Assembly: GCA_001776635.1 (NCBI GenBank)
Contig: MFCP01000021.1
Coordinates: 1-42,030, forward strand
Direction of reading: 5' to 3'
Source: Candidatus Daviesbacteria bacterium RIFCSPHIGHO2_01_FULL_40_11
GTDB lineage: Bacteria > Patescibacteriota > Microgenomatia > Daviesbacterales > UBA10151
Length of the DNA: 42,030 nt
This document shows, in pieces, positions 32,116 through 41,842 of this stretch; position 1 is the first letter of the stretch, and every line of letters begins with the position of its first letter. The notes under the pieces are model-generated. The model had not been told where the DNA came from and made no database searches. It saw only the letters and a program-made list of their open reading frames with translations. Both the position numbers and the translations under genes were made by a program.

Positions 32116-33588
32116 ATGCGCAGATCCCATTTATTAATCCTGGCGTTAATTTTAGTTATTGGCCTATTTTTTAGATCCTATCAATTAACTGAGCGGTTTG
32201 AATTTGCCCATGACGGAGACCTATATTCCTGGATCGTCAAAGATATTGTCGTAAACCATCACTTCCGCCTCATAGGACAATTAACATCTGCTCCTGGCAT
32301 TTTTATTGGAGGTTTATTCTACTACTTACTGATTCCATTCTTCTTATTGTCAAATATGGATCCTATCGGCACAACTAGTTTTGCAATAATAATTGGCCTG
32401 GTAACAATATTCAGTTTATATTTTGTATTATCAAAATTATTTAAAACTGAAGTAGGTTTAATCGCTTCCTTCTTGTATGCAACTTTACTTACCACCGTCA
32501 ACGCCGACCGGTGGATTGTCCCGACTGTTACCACTAATCTTTGGGTTATCTGGTATTTCTACGGAGTCATCAAGATCGCTCGGGGTGATTATAGAGTCCT
32601 TCCTATTTTGGGGATACTCATCGGTTTAATATGGCATGTCCATATTGCCCTGATCCCGGCACTAATTGCAATCCCTGCCGCAATCTATTTTGCAAAAAAA
32701 TTACCTAATACGAAACAAGTTGCCCAATTTTTTATTGCATTATTCGCAACTTCTTTACCGCTTCTGATGTTTGAAGCAAGACATGGATTCGGACAAACTC
32801 TTAGCTTAATAAGTAATTTCACTACCCCTCAGGTAGGTGCAACCGGATTATACAAGCTCACTCTGGTTTTAAATATGGTCGTAAAAAATATAAGCGTCCT
32901 CTTCTTTGCTCCACAATCTTTCAGTCAGACATTTAACATATTTTTTGTTTTAATAATTATTCTTTTAGGATTTTTATTGATAAGAAAAAAGATTTTATCT
33001 CAAAAAGAGTTTCTAATTTTCTTAATCTGGATTGCCGGAGTAATTGCTTTCTTTGGACTCTCTTCATCACCAATCTCCGAATATTATTTTTCCAACATTG
33101 GAATAATCTTTTTAAGTCTGGTCAGCCTTTTGCTATATCTGATATTTAAATCCTCCTACTTAGGTAAGGCTTTGGTAGCCGGCCTTTTGATACTTATTCC
33201 CATTAAGAATGGTTATTTTATGATTACTCAAGATTATTATCACAAGGGGTATATAGAGAAAAAAGCAGTTGTGAATTTTATAAAGACGGACTCGGAAAAT
33301 AGAGGTTTTCCCTGTATAGGAATAAGCTATATCACAGCAGCAGGGGAGAATGTTGGGTTTCGATATTTCTTTTATCTTAAAAACATGCATCTAGTACATC
33401 CATCTCTTAACATCCCTGTCTATAACATAGTTATCCCTGACGAGCTATCTTTAGGGGAAGCTAAACAAAAATTCGGTCACATCGGAGTAATTCCACCAAC
33501 TAAAGTTCCGTCACTAGAGACCATACAGAAAACCTGCCAAACCCCTAATACCAATTTAACCGATTCACTGTTTGGGTATGTAGACTAA
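32116..33588 (+). CDS. GT-C-type membrane glycosyltransferase-like protein (D-x-x-RD / LIGP-TS family)
   Basis: 490 aa and polytopic. Motifs: FAHDGDLYSWIVKDIV...FRLIGQLTSAPGIFIGGLFYYLLIPF. Has a C-terminal soluble domain. Confidence 0.7.
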   Translation: MRRSHLLILALILVIGLFFRSYQLTERFEFAHDGDLYSWIVKDIVVNHHFRLIGQLTSAPGIFIGGLFYYLLIPFFLLSNMDPIGTTSFAIIIGLVTIFSLYFVLSKLFKTEVGLIASFLYATLLTTVNADRWIVPTVTTNLWVIWYFYGVIKIARGDYRVLPILGILIGLIWHVHIALIPALIAIPAAIYFAKKLPNTKQVAQFFIALFATSLPLLMFEARHGFGQTLSLISNFTTPQVGATGLYKLTLVLNMVVKNISVLFFAPQSFSQTFNIFFVLIIILLGFLLIRKKILSQKEFLIFLIWIAGVIAFFGLSSSPISEYYFSNIGIIFLSLVSLLLYLIFKSSYLGKALVAGLLILIPIKNGYFMITQDYYHKGYIEKKAVVNFIKTDSENRGFPCIGISYITAAGENVGFRYFFYLKNMHLVHPSLNIPVYNIVIPDELSLGEAKQKFGHIGVIPPTKVPSLETIQKTCQTPNTNLTDSLFGYVD

Positions 33589-33592
33589 AACA

Positions 33593-34426
33593 CTAAATTA
33601 CCTTTAATAATTTTATTGCTTTAGGCAAAAGCGGCAAAACATCGCTTGCTAAAACCCCTGCATTACCGATCTTTTTTCTTAATATTTCCCCTGCCAATCC
33701 ATGAATATACACTCCGACTGCAGTCGCATCAAAAGGTTTTAAACCCTGAGCCAACATTCCGGCTATCGCTCCGGCCAGGACATCACCGGTACCGGCAGTA
33801 GCCAAAGCCGGATTGGCGAAAGGGCTTAAAAGCACCTCCCCGCTGGGGGAGACAATCACAGTATTTGTTCCTTTAAGTACTAAAACTTTTTCCCATTTCT
33901 TGGCAAAATATTGTGCGACGTCAATTCGGTCTGACTGGATTTCTTTAATAGTTAAACCTGTTAACCTGGCCATTTCCCCCGAATGGGGAGTCACTACAAC
34001 TTCTCCCTTTAAACTTCTCCACCACTCCCCTACTTTGGATAAAATATTTAACCCATCACCATCAATCACCGTTGGGGGCAAATTGCTGTTTAGAAGATCT
34101 TTCACTAGCTTTACCGTTTGATCGCTTTGTCCCAAGCCTGGACCAATCAATACAACGTCATATTCATTGATTTTTCCAACTACCTCATGGGGCGGTAGAA
34201 AAGTTACCTCAGGCAATTTTCTGGAGACTATTATCTTAACTGTCTGTTCTGTGGCCAAAGTTACCAGACCGGCTCCAACCCGGTAACAAGCTACACAAGC
34301 TAAATATGGCGCCCCCGGATAGTTTTCCGATCCGGCAATAACCAGTACCTTCCCAAATGTTCCTTTATGGGCATTTTTAGGTCTGGTTGGTAATTTTTTA
34401 GCTACCCACTCTTTAGTCAATTCCAT
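33593..34426 (-). CDS. nnrD: ADP-dependent NAD(P)H-hydrate dehydratase (YjeF C-terminal-type)
   Basis: 277 aa. Motifs: HKGTFGKVLVIAGS, YPGAPYLA, GAGLVT, LIGPGLG, TPHSGEMARL, LKGTNTVI, ATAGTGDVLAGAIAG. Confidence 0.85.
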   Translation of the reverse strand: MELTKEWVAKKLPTRPKNAHKGTFGKVLVIAGSENYPGAPYLACVACYRVGAGLVTLATEQTVKIIVSRKLPEVTFLPPHEVVGKINEYDVVLIGPGLGQSDQTVKLVKDLLNSNLPPTVIDGDGLNILSKVGEWWRSLKGEVVVTPHSGEMARLTGLTIKEIQSDRIDVAQYFAKKWEKVLVLKGTNTVIVSPSGEVLLSPFANPALATAGTGDVLAGAIAGMLAQGLKPFDATAVGVYIHGLAGEILRKKIGNAGVLASDVLPLLPKAIKLLKVI

Positions 34427-35957
34427 AAAACTTCAGTCTCTCTGATTGAAGATTTGTTTGGTTTTCAATTCTGGAAGGCAAAACAAAAAGATGGGTACTA
34501 CCGCCATTTTTCTTAATTTCTTTATATTGAGTAAGAAATTGTCCTAAATCCAAGCCCTTGCAATCTTCACAGTAGAAAAAAGTTGGCGGATTTTTATTAA
34601 ACAATTCATGTATTTTTTTGTGAAACTCCGGAATGCCACTCGTCCAAGCATAGTAACCAAATAATTTAGGGGGGTGGTGAGTATCTGATTGCCAATAAAC
34701 AAGCCAAGCATCGGGCGAGACAAATAAAGTATCTTCCGGATTTTTCATAATATTAATAATTTGGCCAATATCGGTATGTGTTGAATAATTAGTTGTATAT
34801 TCTTTTTGTAGATCACTCTTTACAAATAAAGCTTCTTTTGCATAACTCAAACCTGCAAGAAAAGATGCCGTTATTATTACAATAGTAATAATCTTAAAAA
34901 GTCTACCAACATTTTGTTTGAATTGTTCGGTAGAAACTAATAAACTAACAAAGATCAAAACCGAATACCAAGGTAATAAGTGAAAACCTCCGTAAGAACC
35001 GACTCCGGGAGACACAAACCTAATATTACTTAATCCCAACAAAACCACTAACATCAGAGCCCATCTTAACTTACCTCTTTGAATCAAATAAATTATATTT
35101 ATTATCAACATTATCGAGAGCAACCTAATTATCCAAAGGATAGAAGTAACATCGGTCCTTATAAAAGAAAACAGAGGGCTGGCGAAGGCTTTAAGGATCG
35201 TCGCAATCCATGGCTCCCTATAGTATGAAGCATGATATGCTGGGATTGTATAGACAAAGTTAAGAAATAGATAGTTGTAAATATAGCCGGTGAAAGAGCT
35301 ATATTTTCCTACCAAAAAAGCTACCGCCAAAATGGCCAAGAATAAATATAATAGTTTTTGTTTTGAATAATTTTTAAGCTGAAAGATAAGTAAGCTGCCT
35401 AAGAAAGCTAATGCCGGCCAAATTGGACCCAATGTAAAGAAGGTCAAAGTTAAAGAAATTCCTAAAATGATTAGTGTTAGCTTGTTTAATGTTTTGCGAT
35501 ATAAAACAACGCCTACTATAAACAATAAAGGATAAACTACTATCGATTCTGCCAAGAAAAGGTTTCCGAACATGTAACTTTTGGTGAGTTCGTATAAAAC
35601 TACAAACAAAAATCCCCCTATCCCAAAATAGGTAACTATAACTAGCGCCCAAATACCGGACCAGATAGCAACAGCGACTCGATGAGCCACCAGTAATGAA
35701 AAGGTGGTATTTGGGTTTTTTACCTCTTGCACCAAAGCGCTTAAGATATGAGTTATAGGTTGATGGTTTGTAATAATGTCATCATAGAGAATTTCGCCTT
35801 TCGTCAAATACTTTCCAATAGCAAAATTGTATTGCTCGTCAACAAAGGGAAAAGATAAAGCTGTGCTTTTATAGAAAAATCCAGTTACCAATAAAAACAA
35901 TACGGTGACTACAAACATAAACCTGAACTTAACAGTATTATTGAAGCTTTTTATCAT
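34413..35957 (-). CDS. Polytopic membrane protein, GT-C-like
   Basis: 514 aa, about 11 TM. The first loop has an acidic motif (FPFVDEQYNFAIGKYL). The C-terminal soluble domain contains CEDCKG. It overlaps both neighbours (20 nt and 14 nt). Confidence 0.5.
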   Translation of the reverse strand: MIKSFNNTVKFRFMFVVTVLFLLVTGFFYKSTALSFPFVDEQYNFAIGKYLTKGEILYDDIITNHQPITHILSALVQEVKNPNTTFSLLVAHRVAVAIWSGIWALVIVTYFGIGGFLFVVLYELTKSYMFGNLFLAESIVVYPLLFIVGVVLYRKTLNKLTLIILGISLTLTFFTLGPIWPALAFLGSLLIFQLKNYSKQKLLYLFLAILAVAFLVGKYSSFTGYIYNYLFLNFVYTIPAYHASYYREPWIATILKAFASPLFSFIRTDVTSILWIIRLLSIMLIINIIYLIQRGKLRWALMLVVLLGLSNIRFVSPGVGSYGGFHLLPWYSVLIFVSLLVSTEQFKQNVGRLFKIITIVIITASFLAGLSYAKEALFVKSDLQKEYTTNYSTHTDIGQIINIMKNPEDTLFVSPDAWLVYWQSDTHHPPKLFGYYAWTSGIPEFHKKIHELFNKNPPTFFYCEDCKGLDLGQFLTQYKEIKKNGGSTHLFVLPSRIENQTNLQSERLKFYGID

Positions 35958-38019
35958 TGTCCTTTATTCGCCAAATTTGCGCATTAGCATTCTCGAAGAT
36001 GAGTTCCACATTATAATCACCTGGAGAAAACGGCACTATTTCGGAATAGTTTTCGTATTTAACTACATAAATGTATTTAGCTACCAGACTATCTAACTTC
36101 TTCTTCCCTTCCGGTCTACTCTCGGCAACAAAGATAGAACGGTTGTGAACAATCGGTTTTTTGCTAATTGAACTCACATATCCTCGGATATTGGCAAACA
36201 CCGCCGGCATATAACGGTTGTGCCAGATACATTTTAAACAAGTCTCGTCATAAACAATTACTTTCCCCGGCTCCAGTGCTCTTAAATGCAGGAGCGCATC
36301 GGTTTCCGCTTGGCTTACCGAATAGATTCTCAGCTTAGAAATTGCAAAAAGTGTTGATCCAATCATAAAAATAACACTAAAAACCCAAAAAGCTTTCTTA
36401 TGATAGACCTTAAACTTATAAATAATAATAAGAGAAACAATTAAAACTAACGAGATTAAGGCTAATCTTTTTTGGGTATTTGTTTTAGAAAGATTATAAC
36501 TATTCAAAAGATAAAAAAACTGTGGAGGGAGACTTCGAAAAGTCATGCCTTCCGGAGGAGCGATCCAATGCTCGGCAATGCTTACTTCGGTGGAATGGGG
36601 CAAATCCTTAATTTTCAATAGATCTGAATTTTTGATATATGGGGGTAGATTAACTTCCGAAAAAGTAATTTTATTTTCCTCAAATATTAGAAGTGGATTA
36701 TTAGTCTCAAAAAGAGAATATTTTTCGGCTTTACCAATACTTGAAAAAATTCCTTTAACAGGAATCTGCCAGACGCTCTGTGGATTACTAATTTGGTCAA
36801 TTAAAGAAGGAATATTGATGTAAAGATTAAGTTGGGTATTGGGAGTAAGATAAAACGGTTCTTGGAAATTATCTTGAAAGGTGCGCCAATCAACAATTTT
36901 TAATTCTTGGTTTTCCCCATTATAAGTCAAACCAATACGGTAAGCCGGGGATTGATACCATACAGATTTTATTTTACTACCCAGCAGATCATCGGCTTCA
37001 ATCACATGGGCTGGTGACAAATTAGGAAAAATCTGTCTGTACCATAAACTAAAATCCTTCATATTGGTAACTGTTATGTTCTCTTGAGTGCTGATTCTTT
37101 GAATCATATCCAAATGTTGTGCAAACTTTTCACGATAAGTTTCCTCCGGAAAATCCCCCTCTAAACCTAAAGTTATTTGACCAAATTGATTTTTGTTTTT
37201 AAGAGCATATAATTTAATGAGTTTCTCGTAATATTCATCAGGCAAGTCTCGTGTGTAATAATCCTGAGTGCTGTAAGAGCTGGCTCGCTCCCCGCTATAG
37301 CCATTGAGAGGATCTCTGGCTGCCCATTGGAGCAAAACCAGATCTAATTTCGTTTCAGTGTTCCTGGCAGGCATACCGGCATGATTTTTGCTTGGATAAA
37401 AAGGCGTGGACCAATATTGACCCCAGAGGGAGTAACCATCTGTGTAAAATTGATCTGCACAGCCAAGGGTTGAAGTAATATTGTACTTATCCTTCATATA
37501 GTTTAAAGAAAAACTATCTACCCACCAAGCACCAACTGATTTCGGATAGTATCCGAAATTATTTTTAAATCTCTCAAAAACAACATCTATTAATTTCTTT
37601 CTGTCGTCTTGGCTATATCCGATTAGGAAAACCGAGTTTGATCTGTGCCATGAATCGGTTTTGTTATATGTAACTCCGGCATTTTCGGCAAAATTGGGTG
37701 TCACTTCCAAAAAAATTCCCAGATCCTGTTGTTGATCCATTTGTTTAGCAAAAGTAGCCACTTCTTTGTTTTCTAAAACATCATAGGTAAAAAGCCAACT
37801 CGCCGGTAAATTCCTTTTGCTTACTTCAAAATACTGCGATGCCAGACTTTTAGCCGAATCTTTCGTGTAGGCAGAAACTCTAACAGGATTGACTAGGGTG
37901 ATGAATTGCCCACTGCTTTCACTGCTCTGGCTCTGAGTAAACCCTAATTTTGGTAACAACAGAAGAACACTCAAACAGATACAAGTTTGGGTAAATATTT
38001 TTAATTTGGATAATGGCAC
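35938..38019 (-). CDS. Secreted protein of unknown family (paralog of the 1..2976 N-domain), with 2 TM and a C-terminal domain
   Basis: 693 aa with a GTG start and a signal peptide. Shares NPVR, FLEVTP, TDSWH, VGAWWVDSFSL, LQWAARDPLNGY and MKDFSLWYRQIFPNLSP with the 1..2976 product. An 18-nt stretch is identical at 37522-37539 and 2506-2523. Confidence 0.7.
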   Translation of the reverse strand: MPLSKLKIFTQTCICLSVLLLLPKLGFTQSQSSESSGQFITLVNPVRVSAYTKDSAKSLASQYFEVSKRNLPASWLFTYDVLENKEVATFAKQMDQQQDLGIFLEVTPNFAENAGVTYNKTDSWHRSNSVFLIGYSQDDRKKLIDVVFERFKNNFGYYPKSVGAWWVDSFSLNYMKDKYNITSTLGCADQFYTDGYSLWGQYWSTPFYPSKNHAGMPARNTETKLDLVLLQWAARDPLNGYSGERASSYSTQDYYTRDLPDEYYEKLIKLYALKNKNQFGQITLGLEGDFPEETYREKFAQHLDMIQRISTQENITVTNMKDFSLWYRQIFPNLSPAHVIEADDLLGSKIKSVWYQSPAYRIGLTYNGENQELKIVDWRTFQDNFQEPFYLTPNTQLNLYINIPSLIDQISNPQSVWQIPVKGIFSSIGKAEKYSLFETNNPLLIFEENKITFSEVNLPPYIKNSDLLKIKDLPHSTEVSIAEHWIAPPEGMTFRSLPPQFFYLLNSYNLSKTNTQKRLALISLVLIVSLIIIYKFKVYHKKAFWVFSVIFMIGSTLFAISKLRIYSVSQAETDALLHLRALEPGKVIVYDETCLKCIWHNRYMPAVFANIRGYVSSISKKPIVHNRSIFVAESRPEGKKKLDSLVAKYIYVVKYENYSEIVPFSPGDYNVELIFENANAQIWRIKDNDKKLQ

Positions 38020-38025
38020 TTTTTA

Positions 38026-38034
38026 ATACTATCA
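38026..38034 (-). promoter_or_regulatory. Extended -10 for the 693-aa secreted-protein operon
   Basis: Minus strand: TGaTAGTAT, 6 nt, GTG(38019). Confidence 0.45.
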
Positions 38035-38052
38035 AAATAGGGAACCGTACAA

Positions 38053-39072
38053 TTATTGTTTTAATGTACTACCCATCAAAATACTGTTTGCAAAGTAAAA
38101 TCCAGTTTCGCTATTGGGTAATAAATCATATGTTTTATTATCCCAGTATGGAATAAGTTCAGAACTTAAGATTATTGAGCCATCATAGTTTTGTCCTACC
38201 TGTAATTGTCCCGCTTCTAAACCATCAATAGTTGGGTGGTTAGGTGATACCCAAAGTTCCCTACCATCGCTTAAGGTTAAATGAACTACACGATGACTAG
38301 CAGGTGCTTGTGTAGATGATACTTTTATTATATCTACTACAATTTTTTTGCCTTGTTCATTTACAGAATAGACCTTCATTCCTACTTTTAAATCCTTAAC
38401 ATTGACGTCCCCTGTTGGAGTTGCTATCTGGGTATTTGATGCAAGGCAAATCGGACAATTTCTTGGTTTATTAGCCAGTTCCTCAACTTCACAAAAGTAT
38501 CCTGGGGGTTTATCTCCTTCTCTGGCAACAGGTGGACCACAAGCTTGAACACACTTATAACCATCAGGGCAACTATTGTCACTGGGTTCTGAACAGCTGA
38601 CTTTACTTATTGGGTTAGTACAAATATTTCTATGACATACTAATCCCGAATAACAATCGTTATCGGTTTGGCAAGAACCACCTTCTGTTAGTTTGCATTG
38701 ACCCTTAATAATTTTAGTTGTTGGCTGACAAGATGCTTCCGGTAAAGTAAAGGTTCCAGTACTCACCTTGTTTGTACCTTCTGGACAAACTGTTCCTTCA
38801 CCCTCTAAAACCTGACATTTATAACCGCTGGTGCACTGAGAATCATCTGTACAATTTCCGCCCCTTGAAGTATTTAAACTTGTCGGACTCGGAGCTAAGG
38901 AAGGTTCTTGCGAGCCATAAGGAGATGGACTGGGTGTAAGTTGGACATTGTTTATATTATTGACTTTACTTAAATTATTTTTAATATAAAAAGAGCCTCC
39001 TATAATTCCGACGGAAACTATTATAATTCCTAATATAAAAATAATTTGCATAAAACCTTTTTGGGTTGGCAT
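38053..39072 (-). CDS. Membrane-anchored Cys-rich protein with a C-terminal Hint (Hedgehog/intein-like) domain
   Basis: TM anchor (IIFILGIIIVSVGIIGG), an S/P linker, and three C-x5-7-C-x5-C-x3-9-C modules. The Hint domain follows: CLASNTQIATPTGDVNVKDLKVGMKVYS ... LWVSPNHPT ... FYFANSILMGSTLKQ. I prefer the ATG at 39072 (TTGACT, 17 nt, CATTAT, then 7 nt). The ORF track uses the TTG at 39108, which lies inside the -35. Confidence 0.8.
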   Translation of the reverse strand: MPTQKGFMQIIFILGIIIVSVGIIGGSFYIKNNLSKVNNINNVQLTPSPSPYGSQEPSLAPSPTSLNTSRGGNCTDDSQCTSGYKCQVLEGEGTVCPEGTNKVSTGTFTLPEASCQPTTKIIKGQCKLTEGGSCQTDNDCYSGLVCHRNICTNPISKVSCSEPSDNSCPDGYKCVQACGPPVAREGDKPPGYFCEVEELANKPRNCPICLASNTQIATPTGDVNVKDLKVGMKVYSVNEQGKKIVVDIIKVSSTQAPASHRVVHLTLSDGRELWVSPNHPTIDGLEAGQLQVGQNYDGSIILSSELIPYWDNKTYDLLPNSETGFYFANSILMGSTLKQ

Positions 39073-39079
39073 TAATTTA

Positions 39080-39108
39080 ATAATGAAGGTTTCAAATCCA
39101 GAAGTCAA
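39080..39108 (-). promoter_or_regulatory. Promoter of the Hint-domain gene
   Basis: Minus strand: TTGACT, 17 nt, CATTAT, 7 nt, ATG(39072). Confidence 0.5.
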
Positions 39109-39111
39109 AAA

Positions 39112-41835
39112 CTAATTAGGATAGTGACAGCGTTTGTATTTTCTACCTGACCCACACCAACACGGATCATTTCTGCCAATTTTTCCATGAGCTTTAGTCA
39201 GTTGTCCCTGATCTCCATAAGTTTCTTGAGCAATCACTTCTCCGCCTCTTTCTATAGTTACTTTGGTCATTGCATCACCCGGAGGTAGATCGGGTGGTGG
39301 GATGGCTCTTTCCACCTTAACCTTGACTTCCGCTGCTTCTTGTTCTACCCCACCAATTTCTACTTGTGGATGAACCTCTACTGCCTTCCCAGTAACCGAT
39401 GCTGCAGCAACGGGGGCTTGTCCCTGTACTGCCACTTTATAAATCCTGTGAACTATCTCATAATCAATTGTCACCATTAACTTTTCAAACAGATCAAACC
39501 CTTCTCTCTTGTACTCAATCAAAGGATCTCTTTGGGCGTACCCCCGAAGGCCAATTCCTGAACGCAAGTCATCCATGGTATCCAAATGTTCAATCCATAA
39601 AATATCGATGGTGTTAAGGTATATAAAAACCTCCATTTGCCTGGCTATCTCTTCACCTACTTGTTTCTCCCTTTCTTCATAAAAATTACTGGCTAGATCT
39701 GTCAAAAACTTTATAATCTCTTCCGGACCGGACAAAGCCGCAACTTGTTTTTCTATACCTTTTTGACTGTTTTCATCCACTGGAATCATACTTGCAAATT
39801 CTTTTACAATTTTTTCCGCATCAGCTCCCTCTTCGCTGTAGACGGTAACAACACTGGCAAGTTCTTTTGCTATCTTTTCCATGATCTCTTCTTTTAGAGA
39901 AGTATCCTTGCTTCCGGCTGTTTCCAAAACCTTTTTTCTGACCTCATAAATAATTTGCCTTTGCTGGTTCATCACATCATCATATTCAACGGTGTGTTTG
40001 CGGATATCAAAGTTGTGCCCTTCTACCTTCTTTTGGGCGCCTTCAATCGCTTTGGAGATCAACCCATGTTCAATCGGCACGTCTTCCGGCATTTTCAGGA
40101 AATTCATCACTTTAGAAACTTGTTCCCCACCGAAAATCCTCATCAAGTCATCCTCCAAAGACACAAAAAACCTGGTCTCTCCAGGATCTCCTTGTCTACC
40201 GGAGCGACCTCTTAGCTGATTATCTATACGTCTTGATTCATGCCTCTCTGTTCCAACTACATACAATCCTCCTAAGTTTGCTGTTCCTTTGTCTAAAATA
40301 ATATCTACACCTCTACCTGCCATATTGGTGGCTACAGTTACAGCACCTTTTTCCCCAGCTTTGGCAATAATTTCCGCTTCTTTTTCGTGATTTTTGGCAT
40401 TTAAAAGCGCGTGAGATATACCCTTTCTTTTCAAAAGTTCGGACAGAAATTCGTTTTTATCAATAGCTGTTGTCCCAACCAGAACAGGCTGTCCCTTTTT
40501 ATGTAGTTCCTCAACTAAATTTGCAACTGCCGTATATTTCGCGCCTTGGGTTTTATAAATTGTATCCGGGTGATCCGTCCTAATCATTGGGTTATTTGTT
40601 GGTATTACCACTACTTCCAGCTTATAAATTTTGTTAAACTCCTCTGCCTCAGTTGCCGCAGTTCCGGTCATCCCTGATAGTTTCTGATACATCCTAAAGT
40701 AATTTTGAAAGGAGATAGTCGCCAGAGTTTGCGATTCTTGTTGGATTGGGACACCTTCTTTGGCCTCAATTGCCTGATGTAATCCTTCCGAATATCTTCT
40801 TCCAAGCATCAACCTTCCCGTGAACTCATCAACAATAATTACCTCCCCATCTTTAACTACATAATCCTTATCCTTTGCAAATAGTGTTTTAGCCTTTAGT
40901 GCTTCTTCCAAATGGTGGAGCGTAGAAAAGTCCTTTTCATATAAATTATCTACTCCCAGCATTTTTTCGATCTTTAAGGTTCCATGCTCAGTTAAATGAG
41001 CTGTTTTTAGCTTTTCATCAACGCTGTAGTCAGAAGAAGAAAGGGAATCTATTATTTTGGCAAACTGGTAATACTTTTCCGTTGCCTCTTGGGCAGGCTG
41101 AGAAATAATTAAAGGGGTCCGTGCTTCATCAATTAAGATTGAATCTACTTCATCAACCACTGCAAAAAAGTGTCCGCGCTGTGACTGATCTGGAAGCCTA
41201 AATACCATGTTATCCCGCAGGTAATCAAAACCAAACTCATTATTAGTGCCATAAGTAATATCTGTCTGGTAAGCTTCCTTTCTTGTAACCGGACGCAAAT
41301 GTTGCAAGCGGGAGTCGCTATGAGAAGTATCTTTATACTTTGGATCGAAGATAAAAGCTGCATCATGAACTATAGTGGCACAGCTTGCGCCCAATGCATG
41401 GTATATCGGCCCCATCCATCCGCAATCCCTCTGAGCCAGATAATCATTGACCGTCACAAGATGAACACCTTTACCTGCGACCGCGTTCAAAAATAGGGCG
41501 GGAGTGGCCGACAGTGTTTTTCCCTCTCCGGTTTTTTGTTCGGCAATTTTACCTTGATGCAAAACAACTCCCGCCATCATCTGGACATCGAAATGGCGCT
41601 GTTTTATTGTCCTTTTGGAAGCTTCTCTGACGAAGCTAAAAACTTCAGGCAGAAGCTCGTCTAAACTTCTCCCGCGCTCGTGTTCCAGTTTAAGCTTAGC
41701 AAAGCTGCCTTTAAGCTCCTTATCGGTTAATTTTGCATTCCTTTTCTCGAAAGCGTTGATCGCTTCAACAATGGTTTGAAGCTTTTTGATCTCTCTTTCA
41801 TTTGAATCTAGTAACTTGCCTAAGAAACCTAGCAT
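39112..41835 (-). CDS. secA: Preprotein translocase ATPase SecA
   Basis: 907 aa. Motifs: MLGFLGKLLDSNEREIKK, QKTGEGKTL (Walker A), VDEVDSILIDEARTPLIIS, TNMAGRGVDI. C-terminal Zn finger CWCGSGRKYKRCH. Confidence 0.95.
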   Translation of the reverse strand: MLGFLGKLLDSNEREIKKLQTIVEAINAFEKRNAKLTDKELKGSFAKLKLEHERGRSLDELLPEVFSFVREASKRTIKQRHFDVQMMAGVVLHQGKIAEQKTGEGKTLSATPALFLNAVAGKGVHLVTVNDYLAQRDCGWMGPIYHALGASCATIVHDAAFIFDPKYKDTSHSDSRLQHLRPVTRKEAYQTDITYGTNNEFGFDYLRDNMVFRLPDQSQRGHFFAVVDEVDSILIDEARTPLIISQPAQEATEKYYQFAKIIDSLSSSDYSVDEKLKTAHLTEHGTLKIEKMLGVDNLYEKDFSTLHHLEEALKAKTLFAKDKDYVVKDGEVIIVDEFTGRLMLGRRYSEGLHQAIEAKEGVPIQQESQTLATISFQNYFRMYQKLSGMTGTAATEAEEFNKIYKLEVVVIPTNNPMIRTDHPDTIYKTQGAKYTAVANLVEELHKKGQPVLVGTTAIDKNEFLSELLKRKGISHALLNAKNHEKEAEIIAKAGEKGAVTVATNMAGRGVDIILDKGTANLGGLYVVGTERHESRRIDNQLRGRSGRQGDPGETRFFVSLEDDLMRIFGGEQVSKVMNFLKMPEDVPIEHGLISKAIEGAQKKVEGHNFDIRKHTVEYDDVMNQQRQIIYEVRKKVLETAGSKDTSLKEEIMEKIAKELASVVTVYSEEGADAEKIVKEFASMIPVDENSQKGIEKQVAALSGPEEIIKFLTDLASNFYEEREKQVGEEIARQMEVFIYLNTIDILWIEHLDTMDDLRSGIGLRGYAQRDPLIEYKREGFDLFEKLMVTIDYEIVHRIYKVAVQGQAPVAAASVTGKAVEVHPQVEIGGVEQEAAEVKVKVERAIPPPDLPPGDAMTKVTIERGGEVIAQETYGDQGQLTKAHGKIGRNDPCWCGSGRKYKRCHYPN

Positions 41836-41842
41836 AATTGCT

